Assembly: GCA_003427395.1 (NCBI GenBank)
Contig: BFEA01000015.1
Location: forward strand, 558,267-622,266
Direction: 5' to 3'
From: Chara braunii
Lineage: Eukaryota; Plantae; Charophyceae
DNA: 64,000 bases
Shown here: in pieces, positions 25,948-38,923 of the stretch
Numbering within the stretch: the first letter of the stretch is position 1
Layout of the letters: each line of letters starts with the position of its first letter
Translations under genes and position numbers: made by a program
Notes under the pieces: generated by a model
What the model was told of the DNA's origin: nothing
What the model saw: the letters and a program-made list of their open reading frames with translations, nothing else
The model's database searches: none

Positions 25948-26827
25948 TTGTGTTTTTTTTTGTGTGTTTGTGTGTGTTGTGTGTGTGTGTGTGTGTGTGT
26001 GTGTCTGTTTATGTGTGTTTGTGTGTGTTGTGTGTCTGTGTGTGTGTGTTTATGTGTTTGTGTGTGTTGTGTGTCTGTCTGACTGTGTGTCTGTGTGTGT
26101 TGTGTGTGTGTGCGTGTCTTTTTTTCCTTTTTGTAATTTGTTTTTTATGGTTTTGATTTTTTTTAAAATACACGAAGTTAAAAAAAAAACGAAACGAATA
26201 TGTTGTTGTACACCTTTGAAAGGTCTACAACCCTATATATATATATATATTAAGTCTCTGTGAAACTATGTTACCAGATTGGACGTCTGGGACCTCCCTG
26301 GCCGTCCGGGGTTGTCCAATCGGACAACTGGTCGGATGTCCTTCCCGGGCAGTCTGTCCGAAGCCCGAATGGTCAGAAAAAAAAAAAAAAAAAATCAAAA
26401 AATTCCGAAAAAAAACTATGTTATGCAGAAAAATAAACTGAACATTCAAAAAAGAAAAAGTGAACAACTTTTGCCTTGGGGTTACATCGAAATTCTTTAT
26501 CAAATTTGAAATAAAAAATAAAACAATGTTATGCAGGAAAATAAAGTTTAATAAACTGAACAACTTTTGTCTTGGCCTTGCTACTGTTTCCTTCCCAGTG
26601 TGAGTCTGAGCGTGTGTGTGCGGGTGTGTGTGGGTGTCAGTGTGTTTGTGTGTGCGTAGACAGTGCATCCGTGTGCGTCTACATAGTGCGTGTGTGTGCT
26701 TAGACAGTGCATCTGTGTGTGTCTACATAGTGCGTGTGTGTGTGTGCGAGTAGATAGTGCGTGTGTGTGTGACTGTATGTATGTGTGCTCACATGCGTGT
26801 CACTCGTTGTGTTTGTGTGTGGATAGA

Positions 26828-26872
<45 letters not shown>

Positions 26873-27125
26873 TGGATGCTGCTGTCACTGCAGCTGCTGC
26901 ATCTGCCGGAAAGGATGGTCCACACGCTGCGTCAGACGAAGCAGCTGCAGTCGCCCCATGTGCAGCAGTTGCTGACTGCAGCAGCAGACCCTCCTCTGTG
27001 TGTGTGTGTGGATGACGCTGTCACTGCAGCTGCTGCATCTGCCGGAGCGGATGGTCCACACGCTGCTTCAGATGAAGCAGCTGCAGTCGCTGCATGTGCA
27101 GCAGTTGCTGACTGCAGCAGCAGGC
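25948..27125. repeat. (GT)n-rich satellite region including a ~135-bp tandem duplication (26870-27125)
   Basis: Direct read. Confidence 0.85.
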
Positions 27126-27820
27126 CCTCCATTTCAACTCCCCAAGCAATCCACCCCCCCCGACACCCCACCATCACACCTCCCCCATAGCATCTGATTT
27201 TTTTTTTCGTTTTTGCTCGGAACAGCCTGAATTTTTTTTTTGGGGGTCCCCTAGTGGTGCACAGACCCCCCCCGTTTTTTTTTTTTTCGTTTTTTTTTTT
27301 TCTGGCGAAAAAACAGTTAGCCGATTTTCCGGACAACTTCCCCCTGACCATCTCCGGAAGACGTCCGGGGGAGACGTCTCCCCATCGGACAGCTGGCAGC
27401 CTAGCTGTGAATGTGTAAGACCCAAAAAAAAAATGCTCATTTCATTTTTTTTTATTTTTTTTTCAGTGTGTTTATGTTTTTGATTTTTTTTAAATATACT
27501 CGAACATNAAAAAATAAAAATAAAAATATAGGGTTGTAGTCCTCAAAAAGGCCTACAACCCTTTTTTTTTACGTTTAGACCAGGAAAAAAGTCATTGCGG
27601 ACCCCGTTTATTCGTGTCTAATGAGTGTTTAAACGGGATTCGACGTGAATTCAACGCGGAACCCGCGTTGAGTCGAAAATCGAACACATAGTCGGGGATG
27701 TCAGTCGCCCGCGTTTCCGCGACGCGGCCGATATCTCCGCGACTCGGCTGTGGTCACACTCGTTCCTAATTATTAAATGGCGACCGCGACGACGAATCTC
27801 TGCGCCCGCATTTGGATTAA

Positions 27821-27933
<113 letters not shown>

Positions 27934-28817
27934 GTACGGCGGGTTCTATTGATCTGTGTATGGAGTCAGCGTGTGTCTCGGCAAACATGAGCGCGGACCA
28001 TTGCCCGTGCTCAACGTTTACATCGGTTCCTCACAGCGCGCCACCGTCCTTCCCAATAGCAGACGACGATAGCGTGTACTGCGATGCAGATGTACGGAAC
28101 ACTCTACGACGAACCGAGCAGATTCACCTTTATAACCCCGCGCGGGCCTGCCACATAGGAGGGAGTGAGTTCGTGTTGATTGACCGGTTCTCTTCCCCTT
28201 CCCTAATCCTGCCCTGCACTGATCTGACAGTGTTACATTGATCTGCATCCCACGCCACATGGCGGCTTTGGTTTAACTGCCGTTGATGTGGCCAGGGAGA
28301 TTCGTTTTCCTGGCGGAGATTAGTCCTGGGATACGAAGGTGCGGCTCGATTCCTAGAACTTTTCCCTGACGTGGGTGCGCTCCCAGCTAACTCTCGGACC
28401 TGGGCTCCCCCGGTCCAGCCCGCACTAAGAAATGCTGCATCGGGACGCCCTCACGGATTGGATGAGTCTGACACCGAGGCGTGAACACTCCGTGCCTCTG
28501 GGGGCCTTTCGCTACCAAGTGAGCCTGAACCAAGCGAGAAAGAAGCGGTGAATTACGCTTCCTCGAACCCCTTTTTCCTTTTTTTTTCCCTTTTTCTCCT
28601 TCGGGTTTTGCCGACGGTCGGGCGGGTAGCATTTCGCTTGCAGCTCCCTGGGCCGAGCGCAAGCTTTCGGAAACAAAACCAAATAGAACCGGTCATTTCG
28701 AGATAACCTTTTTTTCCCTCCCCGCCCTCTCTCTCTTTTGCCATTAACGTCAGCCCAAGTTCGAGGATTGCCTTGGTACGAAACAAGAATCCCCCGTTCC
28801 GCCCGGGTGATTCAACC

Positions 28818-29124
28818 TAGTGTCGTCCCCCGTACGTCGTACGGGGGGTCTGCGTACGGGCTGTCCAGATGAACGTACAGACGGGTATCCGAATGTACGA
28901 ACGGTTCCCGTTTGAATGTGCCTGGGCCAAGTAGGGGGGTGCCAGGGGGGGTTTGACCCCTACGGATGGTAAGGGGGGTCCCGAGGGGCCTTGTAGTTTT
29001 TTTCTTTTAAATTAAGAAAAAGGTTTGCTGTGAAAAAAGAGAAAAGAAAAATCAAAATCAAATGAATCTACCCCCAGAACATGGAAATATACACTGCCAC
29101 ATTTGTTTGTGAGTGTGTGTGTGC

Positions 29125-29207
<83 letters not shown>

Positions 29208-29227
29208 NNNNNNNNNNNNNNNNNNNN

Positions 29228-29289
<62 letters not shown>

Positions 29290-29427
29290 AGTCTCCAACC
29301 TTGCCGCTGGCCTCATGGTACTTCCATCGAATGGATGAGCAAAATCAAGTGAATCTACCACTAGAACATGAAAATATACACTGCCACACTTGTTTTCTTG
29401 TGTGCACGAACGCACGCGCGCGCGCGC

Positions 29428-29513
<86 letters not shown>

Positions 29514-29543
29514 TTGTGGGGGGGAGGCGGCCGCCCCACAGCA

Positions 29544-29593
<50 letters not shown>

Positions 29594-30083
29594 GCAATCA
29601 ATCAATCAATCAGTGAACAAAAAAAACAAAACCAAAAAAACGGCTGCCCGTGTGTGTGTGTGTGTGTGTGTTTGTATTCGTGGGGGGAGGCGAGCCCCCC
29701 ACAACAAATCAATCAATCTATCAATCAATCTTTTGCATGAATTTTTGTTTTTTGTTTTTTCGTTTTATTTTTTGTATTTTACGAGCAATTAATCATCCAC
29801 CAACCAACCAATCAATCAATCAATCAATCAATCCTTTTTTTTTTTTTTGCACCCAGACTCAAGGACTCAAAAAAAAAAAAGACAACTTTTTTCTTTTTGA
29901 ATGGGGGGATGCCCACCGACACCCGACCCCCCCCCAGCCCATCAGATGTAGTGAACACCCCCGCAAAGGCTGCGTACGGAGGGCCCAAAGTCCATACGTA
30001 CGGGCCGTATGGGCGTTGAGGGCCCGTACGTACGCTCGTACGGGAGTACGGACGCGTCCTCCCCGTCCTAGGTGGCGACACTG
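28818..30083. mobile_element. Non-autonomous hAT-type element filled with (AG)n, (GT)n and (ATCA)n
   Basis: TIR tagtgtcgtcccc / ggtggcgacactg, perfect 8-bp TSD attcaacc (28810-28817, 30084-30091), subterminal CGTACG repeats. Confidence 0.88.
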
Positions 30084-30174
30084 ATTCAACCCCACCGGCC
30101 AAAAATCCTCGGCCACACCCCCATTTACTCTGATTGACGTTCGCGGGTACTGGATGACGCCCGGGGTGTGAGGT

Positions 30175-32270
30175 TGGTGCCAGAGTTGATATGTTCCGTC
30201 TTCGAGGTTTCCTTGGGACGAACGTAAATTTTATTGTTATTTTTTTAATTTGTTTTTGGAGATGTTTGTTTATTTTGAGATAGGCTGGCACCCAGGCGCC
30301 ACCACTCGGCCAACAACAATCAAAACCAAGCAAAGGGGCGGGTTCGAAATCAACCTCGAACCATGGTCAAACCGGGTCAAGGGATGGATAATCATGCGGA
30401 GATGGCCAACCACCCCTTGTACCTCGTCCCTCCCCCTTTGAAGGTTCCCATCTTCTCCAAAGATGAAACAGACCCACGTACTTGGTTGGCTGCCTTGAAG
30501 GCCCAAGGTTGGACAAACCAGTTGTTTCGGGAACAGATTCCTGGAAGGTAAGCTGGAATCAAGTTTGAATGGTATGGACGAAACCTTTATACCAATTGAC
30601 CGACCTTCCAAAGAATTTTCCTTGAACGATTTGATCACATCGCGTCGAGGCAATGTTTGGGCCTGATCAAAGAATAGACGCAGCAGCCCCGGGAGACCCT
30701 GGCTAGATACGCGGAGCGATTCACCTACCTAGCTGAACGCTCCCGGGTTGACGAGAAGATGGTACAAACGGATTTCGTGAGGGGATTATCCGACTCCCGC
30801 TCGCGAAAAAAGATATGTAAAAAATGTAACGGTTGTATCCCGATTCAACACACCTTGACCGAGCTAATTCAATATGCTATCCAGTACGAAAAGGAGAACT
30901 ATAATGTAGGCTTGGATTCAAAATCAGACGAGGATGACCCATCCGGTGTCCGACGCAATAGCTAGTCCTCTACGGCTCGGATGTTCGAAGATCGCTTCGG
31001 ATTGGGGCCGGCCAAGAAAAATACGGACCGAAGAGCACCGTCCTCCTCCTCGGCCTCCAGACACCTTTTACAGGCACAAGGAGTGCCGGACGTAGAAGAA
31101 ATAACGATGAAGGAGGTAATCGCACAATGCGTTACGGTCGTGGCGCCCTTAATGAAGTTTGTCAAAGGGCTGCAGTGGCTAAGAGGCAACAAGTGGCCAT
31201 GGCGGCTGGGAGCCTGGGACCGCTATGCCACGACCAGCCTTAGCCGGGACCTCTCCGCCATGCGATGTTACAACTGCAATCAGCCAGCACATAGGATTCG
31301 TGAAAACCTAACAAAAAAAATTGTTAGGTTTGCATGAAAATTTTTAAAGATTCTGATAGTACATTTTTTAGGCTTCCTACATGAACAAAATTTTATGTGA
31401 AGTAAATTAACTGCAAAAAAGGAATAGAAAAGTTTTTTTTGAGAACCACTAGAAATGATGAGGTGAGAAGCAAGGTTTTTCACAAGAAATCACTACCTTG
31501 CAAATCATTATTTATTCAGGAACCAAAATATCCCATTTTTTTGCTTATCTAAAAAAATCATATTTATAGTTTTATAATGTAGGTAGCACGGTGAACCTTT
31601 TCGGGGGTTTCTTAAACACGCACACATTCTCTCCTGTTCATTCGCTTGGATATGTTCTCTCATACATGGACGAATACATTGTTTTTTTGTGTTTTTTATT
31701 AAATAATTTTCTATTTTTTTATTTTAAATTGTGGTTGGCTAAGAATTTTAAGATGTCTCCGAAGCAAAAGTTGTTTGAATTCTTCTTTTACATAACATAT
31801 ATTTCTTGAAAAGGGTTTTATAGTTAACTTAAAAATGGAGTTATCTATAAACTCGATTTCGCAGAGTCTGTTTTTTATCGAACTGTTGAAAACGATTTAT
31901 AGTTCTATAAATGAGTATTCACTCAAATTGTTTTTTTTTAACATCTTTCGAGGTCGCCTTGCAATCCTTAATATTGTCTTGTTTGAGCAATGTTTTTTGT
32001 CAATCTACTAAGAACGACATATACTCTTATAACATGCTCTTTGCTGGAAAAAAAGTTCTTGCACATTTTGAGAATCGCTAGAGTTTTTGCCTATTTTTTT
32101 ACCTCTTTTCTCGAAAAACAGTTAGAAATGTTCTCTTTTATGTGTCAAAAATAACAGTCTGACTTTTACTTTTTCATTCTATAAAAAATGTTAGGTTTTG
32201 TGGTTTTGTTAGGATTTCACGAATTCAGTGTTCAAGCCACCTCGCAAAAGATTATCCATATACAACTGAT
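30175..32270 (+). mobile_element. Decayed gag remnant of an LTR-type element related to 37885-46817, with PBS-like site
   Basis: gtgaggt|TGGTGCCAGAG at 30168-30185. DPRTWLAALKAQ resembles AGAWLATLRAQ. Zinc knuckle CYNCNQP..HLAKDYP is split by the 31289-32231 insertion. Confidence 0.7.
31289..32231. mobile_element. AT-rich MITE inserted in the gag zinc knuckle
   Basis: TIR acataggattcgtgaaaacctaacaaaa vs ttttgttaggatttcacgaattcagtgt (28 bp, 4 mismatches). Knuckle codons resume after it. Confidence 0.75.
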
Positions 32271-33238
32271 TCTTAAGTGTCTCAGGCCACAGCTGACTAG
32301 GTTAGGGGGTGGATATCAAGAATCAAAGCAGTAAGGGGTGAAAATTGGGGGGTCGGTTAACCTTCTGTCAGCAGTAAGCAAGTAGAGTTGTTGGGCATTG
32401 CTCATGAATGTATGCTGGGGCTAAGCCCCAACAGGTAACGATTTGTTTCCGGGTTAAAGAGAAAAAAATAAAAATTCCCGACCTCAAGGAAGCAAACATA
32501 TCAACACATACACAAGCATAAGAAACGTTTGGAAAAACAGGTGTATGAAGTATTAACTTAGTTAACATTCAGAGAGACCATGCTCTCAAAACTCAACATG
32601 CCACCATCGCTCCACGCTCCCAAGTACCGTCTATCCTTCCGTCGAACAAACCGTGTCGGCATCCGGTCGTACGATTGTGCGCAGGCGCCCGTCCCACGAA
32701 CCAATGTCAAGAGGACTAAACCCGACTCAATGTCAGGATTTTAACCCCCGTCTCATCGTCATAACCCTGTCCGTTTGGTGCTGGCCAACTAAGCACATTT
32801 TCAAACTTGTCACCACTGCCGCTTCACACTTGGGTACCTACTAACGTGCACGGGATCCGAGTCTACATCCATTGAGCAGTGGCAGTAGACTCCCCCTTCG
32901 GTCACGTCCTGACAATATGCCACAGACCACGGGATTGGACCCTACCACTTTTGACTGCACTCGCTGCACTTACTGAATTAAATTGGGACTGCATAGACTC
33001 AAAATCCGCGCGGGAACGGGCCTCTACAGCCTCTGTGCCCCCCGGCACTCCCGGGTCCAAAACAAAAAAAAAAAAAATGAAACAGACGAGACAAAACAAA
33101 ACAATACGCAAACCACAGACCGAGAAAACGGTCACGGGATCGAGTCCCGATCCAGCACTACATCTATGCTTCATGCCGCGGGCATCACTCTGGTTTCTAC
33201 ATACCAAACCAATCCATACTACAATTCTTATCCACCAT

Positions 33239-33956
33239 TCATTCATCTTCTCCTACGCCTGTATCCCCTCTCAACAATTCAGCAATCATCTTCTGAGTGT
33301 TCCCCTTATCGCGGGAGAAGTTCCTCATGGCCCAGTCAAAATAATGACTCGGGTAGTCCCTTCGACATAGTTCCATTCTCACCATGACCACTGCTCTAAT
33401 CATGCCTGAACCCGGAAAGGAGTTTGCTTCAATCTGATGCAGCGCACTAACAATAACTGCTAGCTTCGCTCTTTTGCAGGGCCATGACCTGAAATCATGG
33501 AAAGAACTAAAGGTCAAACTACTCCCATTCACCAAATCTGACTCATTCTTCACGGCCTGGTAACATCCCACATATGGGTAGCTATCCCTCACAGTCAGCT
33601 CACAGCCGAGGAATTCCCACGTTCTCTCGTCATTATCTGTCCTTTTCAATGTCAGGGCCTGATCAAATTGATCATAGCAATTTTCATAACTTCTCAGAAT
33701 TTCACATGCCTTTTTCTTTCCATCCCTCCTCTTTGCATTGTAAGCCACGAAACATGACACATCATCAACGAAATGTAGACCAGCTACGTACTATCTCCGT
33801 TGATTTCCTAATGTCGTCAGAAAGTCCCATTCCCCTTGGACACACATCATGCATGCCAATGGTGGACTCGACGATTTTCCCATTGGGATGTCAATCACTT
33901 GCCTGAGCACAACCTTACCTGTGACCGTGTAACAATGCTCCAGGTCAAACCTAATG
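33239..33956 (-). mobile_element. Penelope-like element A, RT C-terminal part (pseudogenised)
   Basis: IRFDLEHCY..VLRQVIDIPMGKSSSPPLAC, FVDD, WEFLGCEL. Continues the frame broken at 49572. Confidence 0.85.
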
Positions 33957-34240
33957 GAAGTTGGCCGCGGCATCTCCAATCTGTACTTGGAGCACGACCT
34001 TGCCTTTGCTTGGGTAAGAAGGGTCGTGAAACTTCGGGATTTTAGGGCTGGAAGTTTGCCGCGACATCTCCAATCTGTACTTGGGCTCTTTGTCTTAGCC
34101 TGTGTATGTTTCCTGTTCGTTCTGACCTTGGCTCTTTGTCCGCTGGTGGTGAATTCCTTCTTGGTAACGTCGATAGTCTCACGGTAGTACTTAAGTTGTT
34201 CTCGCCTATTCGTTCGGTCCCTATTCCTTGTAACTATTCA

Positions 34241-34290
34241 GACCCCTGACGAGTTCCGGTTGGCGGCCGGACGAAACCCCTCGTCGGGTC
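34241..34290 (+). ncRNA. Type I hammerhead ribozyme in the 5' pseudo-LTR
   Basis: GACCC-CUGACGA-G(U)UCCGGU..GCCGGAC-GAAAC-CCCUC-GUC-GGGUC: stem I, catalytic core, stem II, minimal stem III, GUC cleavage triplet. Confidence 0.88.
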
Positions 34291-34800
34291 GCTCCGCCAT
34301 ACTACGCAATGCTTACTTTTCGATGTTGTGGCGGTGCTTTATAATCAATTTTTAGGCCTATTGGTCGCGTTTCGGGATTTCGGGACTATGTGCTTTCCCC
34401 TCTGTTTTCTTGTTCTTTGTCTTCCTTCTCTTCTCTCTTCTTCCTCATTTTGTCTTCTTCTCCTTTTGCTTACGTAACGCATTTTTGTTGTTGTTGTGGA
34501 CTTGTCCTTATCAACTTTTCGCGCCGTAACCACCGTAAGGATTGTATTACGGTCGTGTCGCTGCGCTGACCGAGTACGTCGATTGTCAACGTGGGCTCTC
34601 TCTTTCCTTTTTTTTCCTCTCTCTTTCCTTTTTTTTTGTTTTTTTCTCTCTATCTTCTCTCTTATTATCTTCCTTATTAGTTCTCTTTTTGGTTTATGAT
34701 CATGGCGGCACCACCACGTGATGGTTGCTTCCGCTGTGGTCAAGTGGGTCATTGGTCGTGAGAATATCCTCATCCGAGGAGCAATAATCATAGGCCGCCC

Positions 34801-36186
34801 GTGGCAACGAAGACCAATGCGGAGCCGCTCTTAGCACTGCCTACTGCTAATTCGAGTACTGCTGCTGGGTCACAGTCAACCTTTGCGAGTACTTATTCGG
34901 TGCAAACTCGTACAGGGTGGTGGACTCGGAATCAACAAATATTGGATAAGTGTAACGCCTTCGTCAGTCGAACCGAGCAGAAGGAGAGGGATGGACGGGC
35001 GACTGAAGAACGTTTGAAGAAGCAGCGAGAAAAAGAGGAGGCGGTTAGGGTCAAGAAGGAACTTGAGGATTTCGAGTGTCAAATGGGGCAAAGATTGGCG
35101 AGCAGGCTTGCTCCCATGTAGGATGCTATTATGGGTAAGGGAGTCAACAAGACCAACAACGGCTCGGGTGACGAGGAATTGGCTCGTCTGTGACGGGAGA
35201 ATGAGGATACAAGTGCCAAGTACGGCATCACTGAGCTGCTGCCATCTTCGAACCTCATCGATCGTCCGCAGAAGGAGAATAACGATCTAAAGAAAGCGGG
35301 GGATGACTTGAAGACTCGATTGGAAAACGATATGGCGACACTCAAATGGGAGATCTGGGATCTCAAGGATCACCACGAATAAGTGGGGAGAAGTAACCTC
35401 ACGAAGCAAATTGACGAGCTGCGGTTAAAGATGGAGCTGCTCCGCAAACGGAACGAGGAAACGAAGGAGGTCGCTCAACTGTGGAGGAGCGAGGCCCTAC
35501 GGCCTGGGAACAAACGGGGAAGCGTCAATATGTCGATGCCAGCGAGCGAGGGTCGCACGGCGACTCGCTCTCGATTAGGGGTTGGTCCTGATGAAGAAGC
35601 ACGACGCCTTCGTGTAGAGGTGCAAGACCTGCATGAACGTCGTCGCTGTGATCAGACTGAAGTAGATATGCTCAAGGAAAGGTGTGCCAAAGCTGAGGCA
35701 CAATGCATGGAGGCGGAGGCGGAGCTCGTGAGACTACGGGAGCAGATGGGGAGGCTGTCCACTGATGGTACAGGTGTGGGTACTCCAGAGGTCGTAGGGA
35801 CGAATCTCAAAGAGAAGATGGATGAACCTGCAAAAACTGGCTTCCGTACGGGCAGACGGGGACGTGTGAAGATGACTCCAGGGAGAATACCGAGGGAGGA
35901 CAGTGCCAGAAAGGCTAATGACAGGCATGCTTTTGTGCAAGACGAGAAGAAGCGGCTCAAGGCACTTAAGAAGGGAGGCTCAAAGCCTCTCTGCAAGGAA
36001 GCTGGGATCAGGTATAAAACGGTGGATGTTACTGTTGATGAACTGGCCAAACTCAATGCTGAGAAAAGGTTCGAAGGGAGCAGTAACTCTGATGGCAAGA
36101 CGGATCCGGACCATGATCACGGTAGGTCAACCTCGGGAGACAATAATGTTGCTGTGATCGAGGAAGTCCCGTCGGATTTTGCTTGA
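34801..36186 (+). pseudogene. PLE-B ORF1: coiled-coil protein with a SAP-like motif, interrupted by stops
   Basis: Same-frame ORFs 34801-35121 and 35383-36186, E/K/R-rich heptads, LKALKKGGSKPLCKEAGIRY resembles a SAP helix-extension-helix. Confidence 0.6.
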
Positions 36187-36329
36187 TGGGACTTCCGGAA
36201 CGCGGCGTTGTGGGGTCTTGCTAATTCTTGTCGTATTAATAGGTCCTCCTCTACTTCTGCTCTCAAGGATGCGGCGTGGAACTCTTTCTTTCAAGTGGTC
36301 GTATTGCCAGGTATTGGTTCTCATCTTGC

Positions 36330-37884
36330 GTGGTTTAATCCCGTGGGCTGAAAAATTACGGTCCTATTTTTTGTCCATAGTCGATGGTGATGGTGATCTT
36401 TTTCGTTGCAAAGGTCCTCTTGTCTACGTCTGACTGTCTGCTTGGCACAAGCATGTCTATGTGGGATCGACTGATTGGGCACTTGATATTCGCTGGTGTG
36501 AGCATGTCTATCGCACTTGCAATAGTACTGTTGTCGAACGTGGCGAGAGGAACCATACACTTTACAATTGGCTTCGACGCTGTGGTCCGGAGCACTACGT
36601 GACGCTTCCTCTGTTTCGCTGTGAATCATCTGATCTTCTTGATTGGGAGCGGTTCATTATTCATAAATTTAATCATTTTCTTAACAGTAAGGGAAAACTC
36701 GTACGTTGGGTACATTCACGACCGGAAAAACGGGAACGGGCTAAACAGAGACGGAAGAAGCTCCAACTTGTGGTACCGGTGGTTGAGGACTTGTCGAGTA
36801 ACTATGCTCATCATCTGCATCTATCGTTTGTCACCAGTGAGGGGGTTTTGTCGGCCAGTTTGCTTGGTCTACTTAAGGACGCTAGGGTGAGTGGACGAAA
36901 GAACCTTATTGTATGGTGTGTTGGTGGGGAAGTACTCATCGACAAGTGAAAAATTGTTAAAAGATGTTTTGGTGGATCGGTTGTCGAATCTATCTTTGGT
37001 GTTGGTGCTTTGAAGAGGAGTTATGGCTAGCTGAAGGATGGGACCACACCGCATTTCAGTTCCATTTCGTATTTTTGTTCCACCTTGCTTTGTCTAAAAC
37101 CAACGTTACTTGGTTTTCTAACGAAACCCGGAACACGTGCATGTCTTCCTAGGTGGGAGTTGGACAAGTTGGTTGGACTCTATTCGGCGATCCGGTGTTT
37201 TACGGAGAAACAAACTCGCTATCAGTTATGCTGCTAGGTGTCTGGAGTAATTAGGCGGCAGTTTGGTATTAATGTTCGAACCCGTCTCGTTGTTCGCATA
37301 ACCTATGATGCTTGTCTCAGCAAATGTGCCATTAGGGAGACGTGCAATGATACCTTACGTAAGATGGATGTTCCGTACTGCATGAGTGAGATGATGGCCC
37401 GGAGGTTAAGGGTGGTATGGGTGAAAAATCGAACTCTCGGTGACATCTTGTTCAATTTTTGTGATGTGTCTAGGCGGGGTGATCACTATTGTGATTGCGC
37501 CAGAAATGAGTTGTTGTTTAGTCGCATTAATGAACACGTATGTTTCAGGTTAGCATCTACTGATTTCGTACCGCCCTTTCTGCGAAATTCTCGTAATGTT
37601 CCACGTCCCTCTCGTGTCACCTCTCGCCGGAATGTGGTTCGTCAAATTGTTGCTTCGTTTGATGTTGTGCGGTCTCTTCCAAAGTTGAATCCGGAGAGTA
37701 TAGGGATTTGCTTACTTGATTCTTGCTTCAACAATACCACAGTTTACTATGATTGTGCCTCGGGGATTGAAGGTCTCTTCCAAAGTGTTCTCATTGATCA
37801 CAATGCTAGCAATACATTGAACCACTGGTATGTTGTCCGGTGGTCTATAGACAGAGTATGGAAACATTGTTTTTGAAGAACCCT
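36330..37884 (+). pseudogene. PLE-B ORF2 N-terminal half: GIY-YIG endonuclease and linker
   Basis: GPLVYV*LSAWHKHVYVGST..IRWCEH..LDWERFII..FLN matches GIY-YIG motifs. ORF 37238-37876 is homologous to PLE-A ORF 50418-50759. Confidence 0.82.
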
Positions 37885-38884
37885 TGTGACGAACTACTTT
37901 CTGAAAGGCGCCATCTTCTGCGCAACCGGGATTGGGGGTACACAGAGGGATCGGGGATAAATTGCATGGCGGCCCCGCCTTCTTGATTTTTCGAAGTTTT
38001 CTCCTTGGTCCTTCGGGAAGAGATGGTGGCGGTTATGGACCTTGGGACAATAGGCCCTCGCCTTAGCGAGCGCGGAGGGGGAACAACTTCTGCTATGGTC
38101 TTTTTCGCTTTTCTTTTCCTTTTCTTTTGTTTTCAAATAAGGCGTTCGTCTTTTTGGCGCAATAATCGCGCGGGTAATTTCTTCGGAAGTTTTGAATTTA
38201 GAACGAGCCCATGCGGGCTTTCGGAATTTCTTTTCGTAATTAGGACTTTAGTTAGAGTAGGAAATTGGGTACGTTGTAATTTTTGCCCGTAACTGCACAT
38301 CGCCTCTTGCTTGCACGCGCGCTTTGCTGCACAGGGACCTGCGCTCTGTTCCCGCTGTGCCTAAATTCTAATCTCAACTGTAATCTCTTCTTGTTCCTTC
38401 CCCGCTACGCAGGTGTAACTGTAATCTTCCCCGTTCTTGAAATTCCCTTCCGCGTCACTGCATGCGCACTCTACCTCCAATTTCATTGGCCCGATCGTTG
38501 CATGGTTGGATTGAAGCGTGGAGTGAGGCTACGTCCCCCACGCCGCGGCCCAGTCATGCACTCGTAGGCACTTCCTTTCTCTATTCTTTCCTGTTCCTCT
38601 GGCAATCCCGACTATTGCGCGCTGATTAGCAAGCTATAAATTCTGCAAGCTCGATTAATTTTCTCTCTAATCTACTTAGGAGTTAGCACGGTCGAGAGAA
38701 TCGGCTAACGAGCAGAAAGACGGTGAGTAGAGAGTTGGGCGATCTGACGAGCTGGTGCTGAGTGCGCGGGGTTGACGTGGGGCCGCGAGGGACTGTGGCA
38801 CGTGGGCGAACCTGGCTTGTACGCTCGGGCTATGCGGGGTGACGACTCTGTGAGGTCTTTGGGATGCACGGCGACGAACTGCCC

Positions 38885-38923
<39 letters not shown>

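Larger units (their letters stand above)
23200..27691. mobile_element. Probable non-autonomous hAT-like element (contains a gap and nested repeats)
   Basis: TIR ccatgtgttcga / tcgaacacatag (11/12), 8-bp TSD ccggggat (23192-23199) / tcggggat (27692-27699), inverted subterminal gaatcccgttta / taaacgggattc. Confidence 0.55.
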
